The translations under genes were made by a program, and so were the position numbers. Below are positions 40,188-49,078 of a DNA stretch of 64,000 bases, piece by piece (position 1 is the first letter of the stretch; each line of letters opens with the position of its first letter). The stretch is from Candidatus Bathyarchaeia archaeon. Its GTDB lineage: Archaea; Thermoproteota; Bathyarchaeia; 40CM-2-53-6. The notes under the pieces were generated by a model that made no database searches, was not told the origin of the DNA, and saw only the letters and a list, made by a program, of their open reading frames with translations. The stretch covers positions 158,048-222,047 of the forward strand of contig JBEKVV010000005.1 in NCBI GenBank assembly GCA_049513715.1. Direction: 5' to 3'.

Positions 40188-42092
40188 ATGATTACTGACG
40201 CACCAAAGGTGTCTTTTCCCAAAGAATTCCACACCAACAAAACAAAACTTCTCCTTTTGTCCGAGGAGGAAGCAGCTCACGATGCCGGACCATACGACCT
40301 TACTGAAAGCTACGCACTGCATGCAATATACCTGCCCTGCAACGTCACTGCTCTTTCCAAACAAGCCAGAAGTCTGGACGTTCCTGATGAGGGGGAGAAC
40401 AACGGCAAACAACTAGATATGCCGTTTCTACTCTACGTCCACGGTACGGACAGAGGGTTGGTGCTGATAGATTCTGGTATGGCAGATATTGGAGAGTTCA
40501 GATTCAAGTTTCGGTCTCTCTGTCCATATCGGTACGGCCTCGGTCCATCGACAGTGAACCAGTTTGAGAGAGGGAGCACGATATCACCCTCCGAAGTCTT
40601 CGGACATGTTCTGCAGTACATCCGTTCACGTGTAGACTTCGATGATGAAGTTACTTACCGAATTCTAGCTATCTGGAGTATCGGAACACATTTCCATCAA
40701 GCGTTCATGACGTACCCATTTCTGAAGTTTGAAGGCCCTCCAAGGTGTGGCAAGACTACAGCGAACTACACTGCAGGATCAATCAGCTTCCATCCAATCT
40801 TTACACCCGATCTATCGGATGCTTCTTTCTACCGTCTCCGTGAAGGACTCTCGGCCACCGTAATCATGGATGAACGTGATTTCAGTAAAAGGGAAACAAG
40901 TAGATTCGATGAATTCTTGAATAATTCATTCACTCGGGGCGGGTGTGTTGTCCGTAGTGATAAGGACAGTAATGGCAACATAGTGCCCACTCTGTTTCGA
41001 GTCTTTGGTCCATTCTCGTTTTCTGGTGTACAACAACTGCCCTACATGACTGAGACACGGACACTCATCATCAATATGCGAAGGACATTGCTGGCTCAAT
41101 ATTCAGGAACTACACCACTACTGGATTGTGATGAGGTAGCACAACTTCGGGACCAACTCTACCTCTTGCGACTACAGGTTGGACAACAAGTTGCGAAAAT
41201 CTATCGGGAGCTAAAACCTGAATCATTCGGGCTTGACACGAGAATCTGGGACATAGCTCGACCTCTAATAACCGTTGCTCGGATGGTTACTCCTGAATCA
41301 ATCAGCGATATTGTAACCTTCGTCAAGGCCCAAGGCCGAGAGAGAGAAGATGATGCAACAGACAGGGAAGAGATTCAATGTATCGCTAAGGCTTGCGAGA
41401 TCGTTGTCGGCGTAATTTCCTACGCCGAACGTGAACTGTTGAAGCCTGGTTATACTGAAGTCGAACACCTAGGCGTGAGAATTGGGGACCCCATTACTAT
41501 CGAGAGGCCTTTCAGAACCCTAGCGGGAAAGAACACGATAGCCAGCAGAGCATTCGACGATCGCGTTGGAATGTGCGTCCTCATCGAAGCCATGAAGCAG
41601 CTTAAAAATGAACAACTGCCGCTCTCAATCTACGTTGTCTTCACTACCCAAGAGGAAGTTGGATTACGAGGAAGCCACGTTGCAGCATCCAAAATTGCCC
41701 CACAAATGGCGATAGCCGTGGACGTAACCGTAGCTCGGGATACACCGGGCTTCAAAGAGAAAGAATACGTAACAAGGCTGGGCAGAGGACCAACAATCAC
41801 GATAATGGACGCAATACCTGGGACATCTACGGGTCTGCTAATTCACCCGAAAGTAAGGAGGATGCTAGTGGAAACTGCTGAGGCCGAAGGAATTCCTTAC
41901 CAAAGGGAAGTGTTCGTCGGAGGCGCTAACGATGCCGCAGCTGTTCAGCTAACGGGTGATGGTGTTCCAAGTGGCGCAATTACCATTCCAACAAGGTACG
42001 TACACGCGTATGAACTGCTCGACATAGGTGACCTTGTGAACTCTGTTCGGTTGCTCGTCGCGTCCCTACGTCGTGCGCATGACTATATCTAA
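40188..42092 (+). other. Chimeric ORF: mobile-element P-loop (DUF3631/primase-helicase-associated-like) N-part + 98 bp of the M24 gene + C-terminal part of an M42 peptidase
   Basis: GPPRCGKT and IMDE in the N-part; 41367-41464 identical to 28010-28107; 41455-42092 collinear with 29146-29783. Confidence 0.8.
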
Positions 42093-42183
42093 GTGGCTGC
42101 AACGGAGATCGCGTTGCTGCCTTGAGAGCCCTTCAAGAGGCCGCATGCTGACTTGGAATAAGAGGATAGTAACATCTGGATGA

Positions 42184-43266
42184 GTGACCATGGACCGCAT
42201 AGCGAACCCGATTCGGAAATCACCTAAATCGCTAATTGTTGACTCTCATGAGGACATCGCCTTCAATGCGATTAATCTTAGGCGGAATTTCTTGGCGTCA
42301 GCTCAGGAGAAGCGAGTGAATGAAGGCGATGATCATAAGCATGGAATCGCCACGCTTGGACTTCCTGACCTTCTGAAAGGCAATGTGAGAGTTGTCTTCG
42401 CCACAATTTGGGCGCCTCCGTGCAATGGTCCTGGCCCCATTGTGCAACCTTGTTACACCACTCAGGAAGAGGCTTGCGTACTAGCAAAGCAGCAATTGAA
42501 TTATTACCTAGCACTCGCGAGAAGCGAACAAGTCACGCTGGTGACTAAACGCGCGGACCTAGATCGTGTGCTCAGCGACGACCGGAAGGTTGGGCTTGTC
42601 CTATTAATGGAGGGAGCTGACCCGTTAGTGATGCCTAGTGATGTGCGTGAATGGTATGAGGCTGGCTTGCGCATTCTTGGTCCGGCTTGGAGGAAGACAT
42701 CCTACGCTGGTGGCACGGGTATGCCTGGACCGCTTACGGACGCAGGACGCGAATTAATCGCGGAAATGGAGCGGCTCGGAATAATCCTTGATGTTTCGCA
42801 TCTCGCAGAAGCGAGTTTCTTCGAAGCTCTGGAGCTCTTTAGCGGTCCGGTGATCGCTAGCCATTCGAACTGCCAAAAGTATGTTCCCACAGACCGACAG
42901 TTAAGCGACGAAATGATCCGAACTCTAATTCAACACGATGGCGTCATGGGGATAGTCTTGTACAACTCGTTCCTGAAGAATGCTTGGGAGAATGAAGGGA
43001 AGATAAAATCTCAGGTGACTTTGCACCATGTCATTGAGCAGATTCAGCACGTGTGTGAGATCGCAGGTAACGCAAAACATGTGGCCATAGGCACAGATTT
43101 CGACGGTGGCTTTGGCGCGGAGAGCATACCTGCCGAATTGGACACAATCGCAGATCTGTGGAAAGTTCGCGAAGCGCTGGCAGCCGACCAGTTTCCCGAG
43201 GAGGACATCGATGGAATCATGAGTGGAAATTGGCTAAGAATTCTAAGGAATAGTTTACCTGCATGA
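42184..43266 (+). CDS. Membrane/renal dipeptidase family (M19)
   Basis: DSHED, LMEGAD, DVSHL, ASHSN, IGTDFDGG, GNWLR. Confidence 0.9.
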   Translation: MTMDRIANPIRKSPKSLIVDSHEDIAFNAINLRRNFLASAQEKRVNEGDDHKHGIATLGLPDLLKGNVRVVFATIWAPPCNGPGPIVQPCYTTQEEACVLAKQQLNYYLALARSEQVTLVTKRADLDRVLSDDRKVGLVLLMEGADPLVMPSDVREWYEAGLRILGPAWRKTSYAGGTGMPGPLTDAGRELIAEMERLGIILDVSHLAEASFFEALELFSGPVIASHSNCQKYVPTDRQLSDEMIRTLIQHDGVMGIVLYNSFLKNAWENEGKIKSQVTLHHVIEQIQHVCEIAGNAKHVAIGTDFDGGFGAESIPAELDTIADLWKVREALAADQFPEEDIDGIMSGNWLRILRNSLPA

Positions 43267-43396
43267 TGAGCGCCCAGTTCGATCAAAGTCATCGAAACTA
43301 CGAAGCCCAAATCACGTAGATGGAGAGCTGGGTCTCAAAGGATGCGGCTTCTTCCATCGAATTCGTAATCTATCGCAAGTTCAGTTCCAAAGCAGC

Positions 43397-44911
43397 TCAC
43401 GGATTTGCATCCATCGATAAAGCCACTGTCGCTAGTGTGCGCACGCCCACTCCCGTTGGACCAACTCCTACATATTCGAGCGTTCTGGAATTCCACGCAG
43501 TACCGGCTATGTCTAAGTGGACCCAAGGAGTATCTTCAGCAAATTCCCTTAGGAACATAGCGCCGACTATTGCGCCTGCAGGCCTCACGTTGCTGTGGGC
43601 GACTTTTCTGTTGGCGATATTTGTTATATCCGCAATTTCGCTCTGAATCAGCTCTCGATACTCTTGGAACGTCGGCAGCAGCCACATCTTCTCTCCTGCG
43701 TGTGTTGCAGCTTTCAGGACTTGCGTCGCCCAATTCTCGTCATTCGTCATGACACCAGTAGTAATCTCGCCGAGGGCAATGACACAGGATCCGGTCAATG
43801 TTGCGACGTCAATAAGATGTGTTGCGCCTAGATGTCGAGCGTAGGATATGGCGTCGGCTAAGACAAGTCTTCCTTCAGCATCAGTATCGAGAACCTCAAT
43901 GGTCTTACCGTTGAATGCCCTGACAACATCACCTGGTTTCTGTGCTCCTCCCCCAGGCATATTCTCCGCGGCGGCAACAATTCCGAGGACGTTGATCTTG
44001 GGTTTGAGTTCGCCAATTATCTTCATCGCTCCTAAGACGGCTGCCCCACCTGCCATGTCGTTTTTCATGTAGTGCATTCCGTCTGGTTCCTTCAGGCTTA
44101 TTCCACCAGCATCGAAGGTCAATCCCTTGCCGACTAATGCTAAGGTTGTTGAATGCGAATCGCTCTCGTGATATCTTAAAACACACAGCTGTGGAGGCTC
44201 ATTGCTACCTTTCCCGACACCTAGGAGCGCGTTCATTCCGATCTCTTTCATGCGGTCGGGACCGAGAACATCAGCCTGCATGCCATATTCTTTCGCGAGC
44301 GCCACAGCTTCCTCGGCAAGACGCCTGGGAGTGAGGATATTGGACGGCTCGTTCACGAGGCCCCTCGCATAATTCGTGGCCTCAGCGTAAAAGCGTCCGC
44401 CCTCCGCACCTTTCCCAAGCTCATTCTCTTCACCTGGTTTGCTTGGGAGGAGTACAATTGAATCAAGAGCCGACTTTGTTGGGTCTCGGGTCTTGTATTT
44501 TCCCATGTCCAGAGCCCCCAGTAGTGCTCCCTCAACACAGGCCTGTCCTCGCCGTTCTGCTGACAACTCTCCCCGCATAAGGAACGCAATCTCTCGCGCG
44601 CCAGTCAGACGGACATTGCGGGCAGCAGTACCCGCGAGCTGACATGCAACCTCAAAGTTGAAGTCGTGTTTGGTTCCAGAACCAACGAGCAACAACCGTG
44701 TGACTAGGAGACCTTTCGGCCGATAGAAGCTGGCCACCTCAAACAAGGTTCCAGAACAAGCCCTATCTCTAATGGCACCAGTGATGACTCCGTTAATCGT
44801 TCCATCGAGGTCTGCGAGGTCCGCAGGAAGCAGGCTTTCATCTTGAAAAACATTGATCACGAGTGCGTCAGATTTGATTTCATGAAACGGCTTCGATTCA
44901 ATTCTAAACAT
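43397..44911 (-). CDS. pepA: Leucyl aminopeptidase (M17)
   Basis: VGKGLTFDAGG, MKNDMAG, DTDAEGRLVLAD, ATLTG, WVHLDIAG. Confidence 0.93.
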   Translation of the reverse strand: MFRIESKPFHEIKSDALVINVFQDESLLPADLADLDGTINGVITGAIRDRACSGTLFEVASFYRPKGLLVTRLLLVGSGTKHDFNFEVACQLAGTAARNVRLTGAREIAFLMRGELSAERRGQACVEGALLGALDMGKYKTRDPTKSALDSIVLLPSKPGEENELGKGAEGGRFYAEATNYARGLVNEPSNILTPRRLAEEAVALAKEYGMQADVLGPDRMKEIGMNALLGVGKGSNEPPQLCVLRYHESDSHSTTLALVGKGLTFDAGGISLKEPDGMHYMKNDMAGGAAVLGAMKIIGELKPKINVLGIVAAAENMPGGGAQKPGDVVRAFNGKTIEVLDTDAEGRLVLADAISYARHLGATHLIDVATLTGSCVIALGEITTGVMTNDENWATQVLKAATHAGEKMWLLPTFQEYRELIQSEIADITNIANRKVAHSNVRPAGAIVGAMFLREFAEDTPWVHLDIAGTAWNSRTLEYVGVGPTGVGVRTLATVALSMDANP

Positions 44912-45649
44912 GTTTCTTACATCTCGACAACGAATGAGATAGGCGACAACGCCTGATAAACACTGTCGATTCGTTGCCACAAGCTTCCGCGGAGAATCTG
45001 CGTGGTGTACCGCTTTTGAATAACAATACACTACTTACACTACTTCAAATCCCACCGGCCCCACCAATATCGTGGGTTCATATCCAAATCTTCTACAGTA
45101 TGGACACTGCAAAACAAATCACCTTGACGAGAAAAGAACGAGCGAAAACGCGAAGCGTATCATAGCTGAACAGCGGCACTGGGCGGCGGCCAATGTGTCA
45201 AATGGCAGAAGAAGATGTAGACGAAGAGGAAGAGGACGAGGAAGCGTGGCAGCGAGGACAGAATTTAGTGTCGGTCGGAAGTGTTAAACCGCAATAGCGA
45301 CATTAGATCTACACGTGATGTCTGTGCCGAAAGCGAAGAAGAAAACAAAGAAGAAAAAGTAACCAAAGAACAAAAGATTTCCTTTACAGAGACGACGGAG
45401 TTAAAGTAAAACCCGCTAAGCTTCCACTGAACCATCGCTGCCCCTAGTAACCTGCCAATGTTTTTTAGGCGATGAGTGTCGCATTCGCGTGGTGCGGTGC
45501 CCTCGGGCTTGTGGCTCGGAGCCACATTAGGATCTGAATGGGCTCACGTCTATCAGATTCTGTAGTAGACGTCTTCGCTTCTTGGTTCTCTGGTGAGGCA
45601 GATTAAAATGGAGAGTTGAGCTGTCACCTTGTAGGATAGGCAGTGTTGA

Positions 45650-45952
45650 ATGGGAAAGAGAAAGGTCCTTTCAGAGGGAGACATTAATCAACTCGTTCTT
45701 CCAGGAACGGGCCAGCTGCTTGGGATTGTAACCCAAATGTTCGGGTACGATCGGTTAATGGTGAAGTGTTCAGACGGAGCCGACCGAGTCTGCCGCATAC
45801 GAGGCAAGATGAAGAGGCGGACCTGGATCAAGAACGGCGATGTTGTCTTAGTTGCCCCTTGGGACTTTCAAACCAGTCGCGCGGATGTGCTGTGGCGTTA
45901 CACACAGAATCAAGTTCAGGTGCTTCACAGCAAGGGCATCCTCACGATGTAA
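45650..45952 (+). CDS. eif1a: Translation initiation factor aIF-1A
   Basis: CRIRGKMKRR.WI..GD.V.V.PWDFQ...D..WRY. Confidence 0.93.
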   Translation: MGKRKVLSEGDINQLVLPGTGQLLGIVTQMFGYDRLMVKCSDGADRVCRIRGKMKRRTWIKNGDVVLVAPWDFQTSRADVLWRYTQNQVQVLHSKGILTM

Positions 45953-46441
45953 CACCATAGGCCCAATGGTGCTACACACAAAAGCCAGACGCTTCAAGCA
46001 GTTCACCAAGTGTGCTCGCAGTTGCAATAGCTTTTACCAAAGTCATGTTTGCCTACCCTGCGAGTATCGCTTTTGAATTTGAAATTCGTGACCCTTGCAT
46101 GGTACTCGCTGTAGAACATTCCGTGCCAAATCGGTCCATCGGGGGTTGCGATATGTTCCAGCAGCAGCGGCCTACGGCAAGAAGGCGAAATTCCTGGAAG
46201 AGTGATCAACATAACAGAATCAGCGCTGCTATGTAACGTATAGCAGAACCAACATCAACTTGGTGAATTGCGGTCTTTCACTTCTTCATGCATTAGCTGA
46301 AAATTCGACGCAAGCCTTAAACGTATTTAAGACTTCCTCATTATAGCCTTCGACCGAATGACGTGTTCTGAAGCGGAACGAAGTTCGTTGTTCTACTGAG
46401 GAGATGGCTCAAGCGTATAGCATGGAGAAGGTTGAAAGAAA

Positions 46442-47374
46442 ATGAGTATGAGCACAGCAACAAGGAAAGTTGGCAAGATCACTAACTGCCCTGAATGTGG
46501 TGGAGCTAATTTCGTAGAGGATTATGACCTCGGGGAAATAACCTGCCATGATTGCGGTTTGGTTCTCAGTGAGCATTCCCTAAACCAAGGACCTGAATGG
46601 CGCGCCTTCACCAAGGAAGAGAAAGATGAACGTGGACGAGTGGGGCTCCCGACATCATTCTCAATCCACGATAAGGGGCTGTCAACCGTTATCGACCAAG
46701 TAAACAGGGACGCATACGGCCGGCAACTGCCTCTGGCTACAAGATTAGAAATGCTGCGGCTAAGAAAATGGCAAATCAGAATGAGAGTACATTCCTCTGC
46801 GGACAGGAACCTCGCGCAAGCAATGGCTGAACTCGATCGGCTGACGGATATGCTCCACATCCCTGCCTCAATAAAAGAACGCGCTGCAATAGTCTACAGG
46901 AAGGCCCTCGATAATGGTCTTGTAAGAGGTCGTTCGATAGCCGCCATATCAGCTGCTTCGTTGTACGCGGCCTGCAGAATGTCTGAGACCCCACGAACTC
47001 TAAAGGATGTCTCAGCTGCCAGCCGGATACGCAAGAAAGACGTGGCCAGGTGTTACAGACTACTCGTCAGAGAGCTTAGCCTCAGGATGCCAGTCGAAGA
47101 CCCCGTGAAGCGCATTTCAAAGATCGCGACCAAGGTGGAGATTACAATGCCAACACAGCAACGCGCAATCAAAATCATAAACGAAGCTAAGAAGCAAGGA
47201 ATCGTTGCAGGTAAGGATCCGATGGGCATGGCTGCTGCGGCTCTCTACATTGCATGCGTCCTGGAAGGTGAAAAGAAAACTCAGAAAGAGATAGCTGAGG
47301 TAGCTAACGTAACCGAAGTCACGGTGCGAAATAGATACAAGGGCCTCAAAGAAGCCTTCAAACTCGACATCTAG
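46442..47374 (+). CDS. tfb: Transcription initiation factor IIB (TFB)
   Basis: CPECG..C..CG zinc ribbon, GPEWRAF, HDKGLST, RLRKWQ, two cyclin repeats, TEVTVRNRYK. Confidence 0.96.
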   Translation: MSMSTATRKVGKITNCPECGGANFVEDYDLGEITCHDCGLVLSEHSLNQGPEWRAFTKEEKDERGRVGLPTSFSIHDKGLSTVIDQVNRDAYGRQLPLATRLEMLRLRKWQIRMRVHSSADRNLAQAMAELDRLTDMLHIPASIKERAAIVYRKALDNGLVRGRSIAAISAASLYAACRMSETPRTLKDVSAASRIRKKDVARCYRLLVRELSLRMPVEDPVKRISKIATKVEITMPTQQRAIKIINEAKKQGIVAGKDPMGMAAAALYIACVLEGEKKTQKEIAEVANVTEVTVRNRYKGLKEAFKLDI

Positions 47375-47431
47375 ATTTATCGGCAACGTGCTTATCGGAT
47401 CCAAATGTAAATGTACTATTGCGTATGGAAA

Positions 47432-47620
47432 ATGGTGAATGAGGTCAGGTGGAGGGGGCGGACAATCTATGAGTGTGAGACCTGTGGATTCGGCTACTTG
47501 GAGCTAGAAATCGCCGAGCACTGCGAACAGTATTGTCATTCACACAAGAAACCATTGTTCAAAATAACAGAGAAACCTATTCGGAAGCCCCCTGCTCGAG
47601 TCGATCCCATTGCGCCATAG
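47432..47620 (+). CDS. Small zinc-finger protein
   Basis: YECETCGFGY...AE.CE..C..H. Confidence 0.6.
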   Translation: MVNEVRWRGRTIYECETCGFGYLELEIAEHCEQYCHSHKKPLFKITEKPIRKPPARVDPIAP

Positions 47621-48210
47621 GCAAACGTGAAACCAAAGCAGTTTCGATAGTAGACATTAGAGTGTGACGCAGTAGCGATTTCTTACACGCTAACTCCCTT
47701 ATTACCATCAGTTGAAGAGACGTTCAAACGATGCCCGATGGGGAAATGTGATCCTACCGCCGTGCAGGGATGGCTCAAGAACCGGTATGTGCTTCTTTAT
47801 CTGAGAATCAACGAGAGGACAGACCACGCATTTGCAATCGTGGATTTACCAGATCTCCCTCCCAATCCGCCCGAACAGTCTTTTGGTTGTAAGATTTCAC
47901 TGAGCACTCCCCGTCAAGCCGAAAGCAATTTCCTTCGAATGTCAGACTTCGACCAAGGTACAACCTTCTTTGACAGCAAAGGCTGGAAAAAACGTTTACT
48001 GGAAATTTCTCACTAGTCGTCATGTGTTAGAGTTGTCCATTTGTTCTCCGATTCAGACTAAAGTATCTGTGTGGCTCATGAGTAGCTTGTTGAACCATTT
48101 TGGATGATGCAATGCCGTGTTCTCCTTTTCTGTGGCAGGGAAGGTCTGGAAAAGAGACTGGATTCGGTCTGATCGGCGCGAATCCTAATGTATTCTGAGA
48201 GAATGAGAGA

Positions 48211-48395
48211 ATGAGCAGTACAGAAATCTCTTTGAAGGTTGCTGACGCCAGGCAGCGAGATGTTGGGCAGGGCAAAGTCCGCATTGTCAACGACACGATG
48301 CAGAAGCTCGGAATCACTGCGGGAGATTTTGTTGAAATTCATGGGAAAAAGATGACTGTAGCTGTAGCATGGCCCGCGTACGCTGAAGATCAGGG
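48211..48395 (+). pseudogene. cdc48: 5' fragment of a CDC48/VAT AAA ATPase, cut at R1 site 10
   Basis: SLKVADARQRDVGQGKVRI...MQKLGITAGDFVEIHGKK.TVAVAWPAYAEDQG matches the Cdc48 N-domain start; reading frame runs into the repeat and stops. Confidence 0.85.
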
Positions 48396-48438
48396 ATGGG
48401 GTAGGGGATTTTGACCCCAATTTACCGGTACATATAAA
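48390..48438 (+). repeat. R1 site 10
   Basis: TCAGGGATGGGGTA-GGGG-ATTTTGA-CCCC-AATTTACCGGTACATATAAA. Confidence 0.92.
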
Positions 48439-48446
48439 CTGGCTTT

Positions 48447-48526
48447 GTGGGGCCGGTGGGATTTGAACCCACGATTCGTGGGACTAATGACCATTTTAGG
48501 AGCCCGAAGGGATTCGAACCCTTCGA
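48447..48526 (-). repeat. Two tRNA 3'-end remnants
   Basis: GTGGGGCCGGTGGGATTTGAACCCACG and GGAGCCCGAAGGGATTCGAACCCTTCG on + are reverse-complement T-arm plus acceptor strands. Confidence 0.75.
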
Positions 48527-48592
48527 AGTGAACTTCAATCATTGGAGTGCCCAACCGTTCTGGCACGTTCTGTCGCAGCATTATCGTTGGAG

Positions 48593-49078
48593 TTAGTCTT
48601 TCTTCGTCGCCTTTGGGGTGTCGAGTTCTTCTGTTTGTAGTTCTTTGATTCGTGTTTCCACGAATTGAGCTATCCTTTGCTGGCCATATTCCTTCATTTC
48701 GCTTTGTTTTTTCATGTGCTGTTTGATTGTTCGAAGGAGTTCGTCCATGTTGATTGGTTTGACCAAATAGCCGTGGGCGCCCTTGTTTACTGCGTCTATG
48801 GTATTCTGTAATGCAGGGTATCCTGTGAGAATGATCTTGATCATCTCTGGGGTTGTTTCCTTCATGGCGGTGAGAAGTTTTGTGCCTTCCATGTCTGGTA
48901 AGCGAATGTCTACGAGCGCGAGGTTGTAGAAGTTGGTTTGGGATTTCTCAATGGCTTCCTTGCCATTGCTCGCTGTGTCTACTACGTAGCCTTCGCTCTT
49001 TAACGCTTCAGCGACGACTTTGCGTGTTCCTTCATCGTCGTCTATGACGAGTATTCTGCCTTTTTCGTCTTCACTCAT
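48593..49078 (-). CDS. Response regulator (receiver domain)
   Basis: ILVIDDD, LVDIRLPDMEG, ILTG, YLVKP. Confidence 0.92.
   Translation of the reverse strand: MSEDEKGRILVIDDDEGTRKVVAEALKSEGYVVDTASNGKEAIEKSQTNFYNLALVDIRLPDMEGTKLLTAMKETTPEMIKIILTGYPALQNTIDAVNKGAHGYLVKPINMDELLRTIKQHMKKQSEMKEYGQQRIAQFVETRIKELQTEELDTPKATKKD

Noticed and set aside
28010..42131. Diversity-generating retroelement template/variable repeat pair in the duplicated peptidase segments
   Set aside because: No reverse transcriptase in the window, and the differences are not adenine-specific.
45072..45525. Short acidic or Arg-rich ORFs upstream of aIF-1A
   Set aside because: Low-complexity purine-rich sequence with no supportable product.
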